NCBI GenBank assembly: GCA_937874465.1
Contig: CALNAX010000044.1
Span: forward strand, 2,212 to 66,211
DNA: 64,000 nucleotides
Origin: an uncultured Bacillales bacterium
GTDB taxonomy: Bacteria; Bacillota_I; Bacilli_A; RFN20; CAG-288
Direction of reading: 5' to 3'
Positions 27,950 to 36,179 of the stretch are shown here, in pieces. Within the stretch, counting starts at the first letter, position 1. Each line of letters starts with the position of its first letter. A model generated the notes under the pieces. It was not told where the DNA came from, searched no databases, and saw only the letters and a program-made list of their open reading frames with translations. The position numbers and the translations under genes are program-made.

Positions 27950-28739
27950 GTTATCTCGCAAATCTTTGGCGGTACCTTATTTCATCTTCATGATTCTCTT
28001 CGTGATTTTGCCGATACTCATAATCGTCTATTATGCCTTCACGGACTCCGATGGCTATTTCACCTGGGCAGCAGTTATATCGTTCTTCACTTCTACCACT
28101 AAGTTGTCAATCCTCTTTGTTTCATTGCTCGTGGGTCTTTTCAATACGCTCATTTGCTTGATAATAGCCTATCCCGTCGCCTACATCTTGGCCAATCCCC
28201 GCTTGAACAGAAACGCGATACTAGTGACCTTGTTCGTAATCCCGATGTGGATTAACTTCGTCCTCCGTACCGGCGCCACCCGTGACCTTCTTGGCGCCAT
28301 GGGGCTGAACGGGGGCGACCATCCCGTGGTTTCCACCCTTATAGGCATGGCCTACAACTACCTTCCCTTCGCGGTACTGCCTCTCTATTCCACCATGCTT
28401 AAGATCGACCAGGGCCAGGTTGAGGCAGCCAAGGACTTGGGCTGCAACCCGGTCCAGGTGTTCACCAAGAACATAATCCCCCAAAGCATGCCCGGAATCG
28501 TGGCGGCTTCTCAGATGTGCTTCATGCCCACCATGTCTTCATACGTAATCGCCGATACCATGTCGGAAGGCAAGGTGATGATCTTCGGCAACGCCATATA
28601 CACATCCTTCTCCCTGTCGGACTGGAACAACGGTTCATTCATGGCCTTGATAATGCTGATCATCATCTTCGTCTCGATGCTTGTGACCAAGAAATTCACG
28701 CGGGCTGACTCCTACGTGAGAGGAGGCGGACTATGGTAA
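27939..28739 (+). CDS. potB: Polyamine ABC transporter permease
   Basis: '[11 protein letters not shown]', '[12 protein letters not shown]' and EAA loop 'VEAAKDLG'. Confidence 0.93.
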   Translation: MRFRLSRKSLAVPYFIFMILFVILPILIIVYYAFTDSDGYFTWAAVISFFTSTTKLSILFVSLLVGLFNTLICLIIAYPVAYILANPRLNRNAILVTLFVIPMWINFVLRTGATRDLLGAMGLNGGDHPVVSTLIGMAYNYLPFAVLPLYSTMLKIDQGQVEAAKDLGCNPVQVFTKNIIPQSMPGIVAASQMCFMPTMSSYVIADTMSEGKVMIFGNAIYTSFSLSDWNNGSFMALIMLIIIFVSMLVTKKFTRADSYVRGGGLW

Positions 28740-29638
28740 CCTTCAAGAAAGTCCTGGCCCAGAGTTTCCTGTGGGTCATTCTGATCTTGATCTACTTGCC
28801 GGTCTTGATGCTAATCGCCTACTCCTTCAACGATTCCACCGTCTTGGGCGTCTGGAGCAACGATGGTTGGCTCAATTCCGGCTTGACGGGCGAACTTTAC
28901 GAGGAATTGTTCAGCAGCGCTTCCTATGAGATCGGAATCGCGTTGGGCAATACCGTCATCATCGCCGTCACCGCCGCTTTCGTTTCCACGGTCTTCGGAA
29001 CCCTGGGAGCCGTTGGCGCCTATTATTCCAAGCATCGCACTGCCACCATGCTCGAGGGCTTGACCCAGATATCGGTGGTGAACGCCGATGTCGTGATCGC
29101 TCTCTCCCTGACCGTCATGTTCGTCATGATGGGAAACTACCTCTTCCGCACCAGCATCTTCTCCTATTGGACCCTTTTGATCGGTCACTGCGTACTGGCT
29201 ACCCCCTTCGTCTACCTTAACGTAAAGCCCAAGATCAAGCAGATGGATCCCGAGCTTTACGAAGCGGCCTTGGACCTCAATGCCACGCCCTCCGTCGCCT
29301 TGAGGAAGATCGTCCTCCCCCAGATCCTGCCCGGCATCATCTCTGGCTTCATGCTGGCCGTCTCCCTCTCCCTGGACGACTTCATCATCACCGCCTTCAC
29401 CACCGGTCCCGGCCTGCTCTCCGGCACCTCTTCGATCGTCACCCTTTCAACTTACGTAGAGGCCCACATCAAGAAGGGCCCGGTCCCTACTGCCCTCCGT
29501 CCTCTCACCGCCATCATCTTCGGCTTGGTCTTACTCACCGTCATCGCCTACACCGTCTACAACAATCGCAAATCCAATCGCGGCAATGTCCATGCTGCCA
29601 AGCGTCTCAAACAGCTGGCGGCTGAAAGGAAGCGCTGA
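28733..29638 (+). CDS. potC: Polyamine ABC transporter permease
   Basis: 'YLPVLMLIAYSFN', 'LYEAALDL' and 'SLDDF'. Confidence 0.93.
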   Translation: MVTFKKVLAQSFLWVILILIYLPVLMLIAYSFNDSTVLGVWSNDGWLNSGLTGELYEELFSSASYEIGIALGNTVIIAVTAAFVSTVFGTLGAVGAYYSKHRTATMLEGLTQISVVNADVVIALSLTVMFVMMGNYLFRTSIFSYWTLLIGHCVLATPFVYLNVKPKIKQMDPELYEAALDLNATPSVALRKIVLPQILPGIISGFMLAVSLSLDDFIITAFTTGPGLLSGTSSIVTLSTYVEAHIKKGPVPTALRPLTAIIFGLVLLTVIAYTVYNNRKSNRGNVHAAKRLKQLAAERKR

Positions 29639-31645
29639 ATGAGAAAACGTTTGGGTCAGGCCGCATTGGCCTTGTCCTTTTTGGCCGTCGCCCTGAGCGA
29701 AGGCGGCATCCCCTTGGCCGATGCGAGCGCCGAGGCCACCATCACCGCCAGGAACCTCGCCAAAGCGGCTTCCTCTACCCCGACCGTGCTCAAGGTCTAT
29801 AACTGGGACGATTACATCCTCCCGGACATGGACGCCGATACCGCCGAGGCCAATGGCTACGACCACGAGGCGATAAAGGGCATCAACACCCGCTTCGAGG
29901 AGTACATGGCCAAGCAGGGCGTCAACGTCCAGGTCGACTACGAGATATTCGACACCAACGAGACCATGCTAAACCAGCTCATGACCGGCAAGATCGACTA
30001 CGACCTCATCTGTCCGTCCGACTACATGATCCAAAGGATGATGGCCGATGACCTCTTGATCCCCTTCGACAACGAAGACGAATATCCCGGCTCCACGCCA
30101 AACTACGACGAGTATGCTTCCCCTTACCTGATAAGCAAGTTGGCCAGCATCAAGGCCAAGGACGTCTACGCCGCCAAAGAGGCCGACCCCGATATCGATG
30201 CCGATGACGTCGAGGCCGAGACCAACACCGTGACCAGGTACATGCGCGGCTACATGTGGGGCACGTTGGGCCTCCTCTACAATGCCGACTTCCAGAAGTT
30301 CCAGGATCGGGGCATAACAGCCGACCAGGTCGAGGAAGATGTTCAAAGCTGGGACATCCTCTGGAACAAGGAATACAAGGGCACCGCCGACGTCAAGGAT
30401 TCCGTCAGGGATACCTACGCGGTGCTGATCCTAAAGGCCTACGAGAGCGAAGCCACTTCCTTGAGGGAGAAGTACGAGGCCGGGGATCTTTCCGCCGACG
30501 ACTACAACACCCAGCTGACAGAGATATTCAACCGCTGCGATGACGAAACCCTTTCGTTGGTCGGCGACTCCCTCTCCAGCCTCAGGGACAACATCTACGG
30601 CTACGAGGTCGATTCGGGCAAGGACGACATCCAGCGTGGCGATACCATCGGCATCGACCTGGCCTGGTCCGGCGATGCGGTCTATGCCATTAACGGGGCC
30701 GACGATGCCGGGAACTACACCCTCCGCTATTCCCTCCCCTCCGAAGGCGCCAACATCTGGTTCGATGGCTGGGTCATGACCAAGTATGCCTTGCAGCATG
30801 GCGTCACCGAACTGGCCCAGGACTACATAAACTTCCTGGATGATCCCTACCCCGAGTCCGACGAGTATGACATGGGCCCGGCCGTGGCCAACATGGACTA
30901 CATCGGCTACACCCCCTTCATCGCCGGACCTACCGTGCTCGATTACGTCAAGTCCTCTTACGACATGCGCTCCGACGAAGACGGAAACCTGCCCGAAGAC
31001 GATGCCAAGCCCGAAGGCGAGGAAGGCGTCGACTACATAGTCAAGGACCTCTCCTATTTCTTCGATGGCACGGTCGCTGACAACACCGATACCAACATCT
31101 ATTACTTGCCCGAAGACAAGGGGCGGCAATTGGATACCATGTATCCCGATGAGTCCCAACTGCCCTATTTGATGGTGATGGCGGACTTCGGCGACCAAAA
31201 CGATGCCGTGGCCTTGATGTGGGAGGCCGGAAAGGCATTGGAGTTCCCCACCTGGGGCTACTACATAGTGTTGGGCGTCTTGGCCTTGGCCATCCTCTGG
31301 ATATTCGTCGTCAGGTTCAGGCACCGCGAAGTCAACAAGCTCAGGAAGGAACGCCACGCCGCCCTGGCGGCCGCAAACCTTGCCAAGAACACCATGACCT
31401 TGACCAAGACGGGCATCTATCCGATCCTTTCGCCAAACGAGAAGCGAGTCACCACCCCCTTGCAGGCCAAATGCATCGCCGACGCGTTGGAGACCCAGGA
31501 CGGCAAATCATTGAGGCGGGATGCCAAGGCCCTTCTCGAGGGTTCCTATACCGTTTCGATCAAATACGGCGCCCAGACCAAGGAGGACCGGGAGAACATC
31601 GCCAAGATCCTCAAGAAGCTGGCGAAGACGACCAGGCTAAGATAG
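29639..31645 (+). CDS. potD: Polyamine-binding protein with C-terminal TM anchor and tail
   Basis: 'LKVYNWDDYI', 'FDTNETM', 'YDLICPSDYMI', 'YMWGTLG', 'WSGDA' and 'PSEGANIWFD'. Confidence 0.9.
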   Translation: MRKRLGQAALALSFLAVALSEGGIPLADASAEATITARNLAKAASSTPTVLKVYNWDDYILPDMDADTAEANGYDHEAIKGINTRFEEYMAKQGVNVQVDYEIFDTNETMLNQLMTGKIDYDLICPSDYMIQRMMADDLLIPFDNEDEYPGSTPNYDEYASPYLISKLASIKAKDVYAAKEADPDIDADDVEAETNTVTRYMRGYMWGTLGLLYNADFQKFQDRGITADQVEEDVQSWDILWNKEYKGTADVKDSVRDTYAVLILKAYESEATSLREKYEAGDLSADDYNTQLTEIFNRCDDETLSLVGDSLSSLRDNIYGYEVDSGKDDIQRGDTIGIDLAWSGDAVYAINGADDAGNYTLRYSLPSEGANIWFDGWVMTKYALQHGVTELAQDYINFLDDPYPESDEYDMGPAVANMDYIGYTPFIAGPTVLDYVKSSYDMRSDEDGNLPEDDAKPEGEEGVDYIVKDLSYFFDGTVADNTDTNIYYLPEDKGRQLDTMYPDESQLPYLMVMADFGDQNDAVALMWEAGKALEFPTWGYYIVLGVLALAILWIFVVRFRHREVNKLRKERHAALAAANLAKNTMTLTKTGIYPILSPNEKRVTTPLQAKCIADALETQDGKSLRRDAKALLEGSYTVSIKYGAQTKEDRENIAKILKKLAKTTRLR

Positions 31646-31661
31646 GGATTTGACGAATACG

Positions 31662-31690
31662 AAAAGCGAGCCAAGTGGCTCGCCTTTTTT
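31662..31690. terminator. Bidirectional intrinsic terminator
   Basis: AAAA-GCGAGCCA/TGGCTCGC-CTTTTTT. Confidence 0.8.
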
Positions 31691-31701
31691 CGTCTTGCCT
31701 T

Positions 31702-32202
31702 TCACTTCCTGTTCGCCTTCGTAGCCTTTGCCGGCTGGCCGACCTGGCTCTCGGATCTATAGAGGAGGGAGCCCAAGGTCGGATAGTAGGTATGGATGGA
31801 GCCATCGAAGTCCTGATCCTCCTCAAGCCTTTCGGCTTGGCCTTCCTTGGCGCCCGACGGGACGGAATAGAGTGAATCCTGGACATGGGGCTTCTCCCCT
31901 TCCTCGACCTTGACGGCCCCGTCGTCGACAAACTTCAGGTTGTTGTAGGCCGAATAGGAATGGTAGGCATTCAGGGGATCCGCACTGACCTTGGAATCGA
32001 AGGAGAAGTCGGAACTGTTCAGGACACCCAGTTCGTCAGCGGTATCCTGATCCCAGGCCGTGACCCCATCCTTGGACTCCTCGGTGCGGAGGGTATCGAC
32101 GCTCTCGGTGAAAATCGTAGGGTCAGCGGTGGAGAATCCCGTCAGCAACGAGACGGAGGATATGAGGGCGAAAGCCAGTTTCGCTTCTTTGCTCTTGGCC
32201 AT
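31702..32202 (-). CDS. Hypothetical exported acidic protein
   Basis: Signal-peptide-like N-terminus (MAKSKEAKLAFALISSVSLLTGFS), purine-rich RBS, 166 aa. Confidence 0.65.
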   Translation of the reverse strand: MAKSKEAKLAFALISSVSLLTGFSTADPTIFTESVDTLRTEESKDGVTAWDQDTADELGVLNSSDFSFDSKVSADPLNAYHSYSAYNNLKFVDDGAVKVEEGEKPHVQDSLYSVPSGAKEGQAERLEEDQDFDGSIHTYYPTLGSLLYRSESQVGQPAKATKANRK

Positions 32203-32320
32203 TTCTCTATCCCCTTTCTCCTAGATTCTACCGCCAATCGTCCAGGTCATTACTTTAGGATTGTATGACAACGGGAAGGATTTGGCAAACCGATGCTTCA
32301 AGTGCTAGCATCTAGACGTC

Positions 32321-32986
32321 ATGAGAGAAACCAAAGCGCTGGTCTTCGATTGCGATGGGACCTTGCTGGATACCCGCCTCGATTACCTAAAGGCCATCAA
32401 CGTGACCTTGAAGGCTTTCGGCTTGCCGCCTATCACCATGGCGGAAGGGGCTTCCTTCTTGGGCTTTGGTTCCGTTCATTTCGTCAAGGCGGCCATGAAA
32501 GGTCAAAGGGAAGACGAGTTCCCCGAAGTCTTCAATACCTATTTGGACTATTACCTGAAGCATGTCTATGTCAAGACGGCCAAGTACCCGGGCGTAGACG
32601 AGATGCTAAAGACCGCCAAGGCGTTGGGCTATTCTCTCTTCGTCGCCTCCAACAAGCCCGACCAGGCCCTAAGGGAACTTTTCAAGAAGGCCTTCCCGCC
32701 TTTAACCTTCAATGACGTATTCGGCCAGATCGGGGGCACGGCGCCAAAGCCCGATCCCTACCTGTTGACGAGGATAATGGCCACCAACCATTACTCCCCC
32801 GACGAAATCGCCTATTTCGGCGACACGGAAGTGGACTACCGGTTCGCCAGGAACGCCGAGGTAGACAAGGTCTACATAGTTACCTACGGTTTCAGGAGCG
32901 AGGCATTCCTGAAGGCCAACACGGCTCCCAGGGGTTTCCTGCAATCGGTGGCCGAGCTTGCCAAGCTCATTTCCCGTCTCCCCTAG
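32321..32986 (+). CDS. HAD-family hydrolase (phosphoglycolate phosphatase-like)
   Basis: 'FDCDGTLLDT', 'YPGV', 'SNKP', 'KPDP' and 'GDTEVD'. Confidence 0.92.
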   Translation: MRETKALVFDCDGTLLDTRLDYLKAINVTLKAFGLPPITMAEGASFLGFGSVHFVKAAMKGQREDEFPEVFNTYLDYYLKHVYVKTAKYPGVDEMLKTAKALGYSLFVASNKPDQALRELFKKAFPPLTFNDVFGQIGGTAPKPDPYLLTRIMATNHYSPDEIAYFGDTEVDYRFARNAEVDKVYIVTYGFRSEAFLKANTAPRGFLQSVAELAKLISRLP

Positions 32987-33041
32987 CCTCCGATTAGCGT
33001 TTATAATCTATTTAAAATTCTCAGAGTCAAAGGAGGCGAGG

Positions 33042-33599
33042 ATGATAGCATTGACCGGACCTTCAGCCAGCGGCAAGACCGAGACCGCCAAGTACCTCAT
33101 GGCCCATTTCGGTCTCAAGAAGGTGGTGACCTGTACGACCAGGAGCCCCAGGGTGGGGGAGAGGGACGACGTGGACTATCATTTCCTGACCCGGGAGGAG
33201 TTCCGGGAGGGAATAGCGAGGGGCGAGTTTTTGGAACATGCCGAATACAACGGGAACCTCTATGGGACCAAGAAGGCGGACGTCGGTCCCGAAAAGGTTT
33301 CCTGCATCGAGGCCAACGGCGTCAAGTCCTATCGTAAATACCTGGGAAGCCGGATGTTTTGCGTCTACCTGGATGCCGATGAGGAGACCCGTCTGACCAG
33401 GATGATCTCGCTTAGGAAGGATCCTCTGGCCGCGGCCCAGGAGCGCATCATAAAGGATCGCGTAGTCTATAAGGACGATGGCAGGGACACCAAGGCCTAT
33501 GCGGATCTGGTGGTGAAGACCGATGGCCTAAGCGTCGCCCAGGAGGCCGAAGAGGTCTATCTGGCCTATTGCGAATGGAAGAAAAGAAACCGGGAATGA
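33042..33599 (+). CDS. gmk: Guanylate kinase
   Basis: 'GPSASGKT', 'TTRSPRVGERDDVDYHF' and 'FLEHAEYNGNLYGT'; AAGGAGG RBS before ATG 33042. Confidence 0.9.
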   Translation: MIALTGPSASGKTETAKYLMAHFGLKKVVTCTTRSPRVGERDDVDYHFLTREEFREGIARGEFLEHAEYNGNLYGTKKADVGPEKVSCIEANGVKSYRKYLGSRMFCVYLDADEETRLTRMISLRKDPLAAAQERIIKDRVVYKDDGRDTKAYADLVVKTDGLSVAQEAEEVYLAYCEWKKRNRE

Positions 33600-33904
33600 C
33601 GTTTCTGGCCTGGTTGGCCGGAAAGGGCGACAAGACCTGGGGCCTGGTCTACACGCCAAACAGGGATTTCGGCTTGGTCATAAGCCATGCCCCTTACCTA
33701 GGTAAGCTAGGGAAGGACTTCTTCCCCATCTCTACTTTGGGGAGGCTGTCTTTCGAGAAGAGCCATTGGCCATTCACCCTGGGTCACCTTGCGATCGAGA
33801 CCGCCGACGGCAAGACGATCGATACCATCGCCTTGCCCAGGGGCAGGGAAACCCAGCTGCTCTTGAAAAGATTTTTGGAGGAATATGCAGTTTTGCACAA
33901 ATGA
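33596..33904 (+). CDS. Hypothetical protein
   Basis: ATGA overlap with the gmk stop; about 100 aa; no motif recognised. Confidence 0.6.
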   Translation: MTFLAWLAGKGDKTWGLVYTPNRDFGLVISHAPYLGKLGKDFFPISTLGRLSFEKSHWPFTLGHLAIETADGKTIDTIALPRGRETQLLLKRFLEEYAVLHK

Positions 33905-33953
33905 AAAGCAGGACCGGCAAGTCCTGCTTTTGCCTTTGGGAAGCGAATCGCCC

Positions 33954-35006
33954 TCAGGCGACTTGGGGCAAGGGCTTTTGGCTCCCGAGCGGCGCATCCA
34001 CCAGGGGAGCCTCGGGAAGGAAACTGGCCGACTTGGTGAGGCCATAGAAGACATGGTAGAGGGTGGTGACGGCCAAGGCCTGCTTCTCGAGCAAGCCGGA
34101 ATCGATGGTGGTCGATAGCGGCCGGCCGATTTGGAGGGTAGCCCCATCCACGAAGACCGAAAGCAGGCTCCCGCTAAGGGTTATCACGACCCCCGTCGGA
34201 AGCAGGCGCTTTAGCTTGGCGACATTCTCGACGAACTCGTGGTCCAAAAAGGCATCGGCCTCCTTTTTGGGCAAGGTGGTGTACATCACGAAGGACTTCA
34301 GCGGGGAGTCCTTGGGTAGGCCATAGAGGTTCAGGCTCTTGCCATCGTAGACCGTGAAGGAAGCGGAGCCTAGCGAACGGACCTGGACAAAGCCATCGAT
34401 CTTGGATTTGCTCAGTTCGGTGGCGGCCAATAGGCCGGTCCGTTTGCTTCCGTTAGCCTTGTAGGAATACTGGGACACGTCGAAGGACATCTCGTCGGCT
34501 ATGAGGGTCAACGTCTCGTCCTTTTCGGCTTCGGCCAATCCGATCTGGGTGACTATCTCCTCCTCGCTGGCCGGGCTCTTGCCAACCAAATGGACGGTCT
34601 GGATGCCATCGTTCTCCTCCAAGGCATTGGCCAGGGCTTCCTTATGGACGGCCACGGCCTCCCTGTCCTTCTTGGAACGGATGACGGCAAAGAAGAGGAA
34701 GTAGACCAAAAGGGTCAAGACGACAGCAAGAATCAAGACGACCAAGCGCAGCACCGACTGGGTATTGGAAAGGTCGGTGAGACGGGAGGTGGTGTCAAAG
34801 TAAGGCAACTGCTGGCTCCAATTGAGGGACAGGTAGGCAAACCCGACATAAAGGCCGTATATCAAGGCCAGTATGCCGGCGGGCACCAACGGCCAAAGGA
34901 CCGTCGCCGCCGCCATTCTCTTCCGGGCCCCTATAAGGCTAGCCGAACTGTTTACCACTGCGTTTTTGGCCATATTGAATTCCTCACTCTCTCGCTTATT
35001 TGCCAT
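33954..35006 (-). CDS. Hypothetical membrane protein (two N-terminal TMs plus a soluble domain)
   Basis: Two hydrophobic helices within about the first 110 residues, 350 aa, host-like codon usage. Confidence 0.78.
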   Translation of the reverse strand: MANKRESEEFNMAKNAVVNSSASLIGARKRMAAATVLWPLVPAGILALIYGLYVGFAYLSLNWSQQLPYFDTTSRLTDLSNTQSVLRLVVLILAVVLTLLVYFLFFAVIRSKKDREAVAVHKEALANALEENDGIQTVHLVGKSPASEEEIVTQIGLAEAEKDETLTLIADEMSFDVSQYSYKANGSKRTGLLAATELSKSKIDGFVQVRSLGSASFTVYDGKSLNLYGLPKDSPLKSFVMYTTLPKKEADAFLDHEFVENVAKLKRLLPTGVVITLSGSLLSVFVDGATLQIGRPLSTTIDSGLLEKQALAVTTLYHVFYGLTKSASFLPEAPLVDAPLGSQKPLPQVA

Positions 35007-35128
35007 CTAATTATATTTACAACTGCCAGCCTTTGCCAACAAATGTTGAAATATGGACCGGCACCCATAAACATTTTGCGAATGCCGATGGGAATGCGTC
35101 TATACTTTTGGTGAAAGAAAACCGGAAT

Positions 35129-35785
35129 ATGAAGGCCAGAAAAGAAACAGCCAGTGGACATGGACCGGTCCGAGTCAAAAGGCCCGGCCATAAGCAGGGT
35201 TGGCATGCCAACCAAGGTTTTGGCAGGACCATCCGCAAAGGCAGCAAGCGCCCGGTCGTAACCAAGCAGAAGACGGTGGTCCAAATGGACCTGCCGTTCC
35301 CCAAGGATCGCCAGATGGACAACATCCGCTATCTTCTGGGGCGGATCATCGAAGTGGTCCAGTACATCGAATACAACCTCTCCGTGGCCTTGGCCTACGA
35401 TGCCACCATCAAGGGCCTGGAGCAGGAGAAGGCCAAGAAGGGCTTTGTGGACGGAAAGGCCAAGCTAGCCATCGCCACCCGGGCCAACGAGCTTCGGGCC
35501 TCCGCTTCCACCATGACCTTCGGGGCCCTCATCGCCACGGTATCCCAGGCCAACATCATGGAGAAGAAGGACCTGGACGAACTGGAGGACATTTTGAAGA
35601 CCCGCAACCAATTGGTCCACCAGTTCTTCAAGATGAACGATTTCGAGACCAAGAAGGACAATGCCGGCTTTTTGGAGGAGCAGGTCAACTACCTCAAGAA
35701 GTTCCTGAACCGGATCAACAACTTCAATGCCTTCCTCTTCAAGAAGGCCACCGATACCCTCAACAGGTTGGCCAAGACCCAGTGA
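35129..35785 (+). CDS. Putative HEPN-domain protein
   Basis: Apparently helical pattern 'LGRIIEVVQYIEYNL...MTFGALI...LEDILKT-RNQLVH-QFF' with an R-x4-H motif. Start uncertain (ATG 35129 or later). Confidence 0.6.
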   Translation: MKARKETASGHGPVRVKRPGHKQGWHANQGFGRTIRKGSKRPVVTKQKTVVQMDLPFPKDRQMDNIRYLLGRIIEVVQYIEYNLSVALAYDATIKGLEQEKAKKGFVDGKAKLAIATRANELRASASTMTFGALIATVSQANIMEKKDLDELEDILKTRNQLVHQFFKMNDFETKKDNAGFLEEQVNYLKKFLNRINNFNAFLFKKATDTLNRLAKTQ

Positions 35786-35789
35786 CCAC

Positions 35790-35818
35790 TTGAGAATCGG
35801 GGAAAACCTTCCTAGAAT
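35790..35818 (+). promoter_or_regulatory. Promoter of the HigA-like gene
   Basis: TTGAGA-N17-TAGAAT, about 25 nt before ATG 35843. Confidence 0.65.
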
Positions 35819-35842
35819 CTATCGTTCGGAGCATCAAATACA

Positions 35843-36112
35843 ATGGCAAAAATCGATTACACCAAGGGCGAGAGCCCTGCCGAAGTGCTTAAACGCTTCA
35901 TGTCGGAACAAGATGGCGGCTGGTCCGTCTACGATCTGTCGGAGAAGACTCATGGCGAGCTCTCCAGCGGAACCATAAACGCGATACTGGAAAGCAAGCG
36001 CACCATCGATACCGACATTTCCAAAGCGCTCTCCGTCGCCTTCAAGACACCCAAGAAATTCTTCCTGGACGTCCAGAAGGAATACGACAAGGCAAGCAAG
36101 AAGGCCAAGTAG
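35843..36112 (+). CDS. HigA-like XRE-family HTH protein (orphan antitoxin-like)
   Basis: 'SPAEVL...S...LS...INAILESKRTIDTDISKALSVAFKTPKKFFLDVQKEYD' follows the HigA pattern (PGE.L...KR.IT...A..L...F.T...FW..LQ..YD). Confidence 0.8.
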   Translation: MAKIDYTKGESPAEVLKRFMSEQDGGWSVYDLSEKTHGELSSGTINAILESKRTIDTDISKALSVAFKTPKKFFLDVQKEYDKASKKAK

Positions 36113-36120
36113 GCCACGAC

Positions 36121-36148
36121 AAAAAAGCACAGCGATGGCTGTGCTTTT
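36121..36148. terminator. Bidirectional terminator between the HigA-like gene and jetC
   Basis: AAAAAAGCACAGC-GATG-GCTGTGCTTTT. Confidence 0.85.
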
Positions 36149-36179
36149 ATTGTACCCTTGACTATCTGGCGTTTGGTGT

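Noticed and set aside
35808-35835. dif-like site (CCTTCCTAGAA resembles the left arm of B. subtilis dif)
   Set aside because: The XerD-type right arm (TTATGTAAACT) is absent, and the match coincides with the TAGAAT -10 box of the HigA-like promoter.
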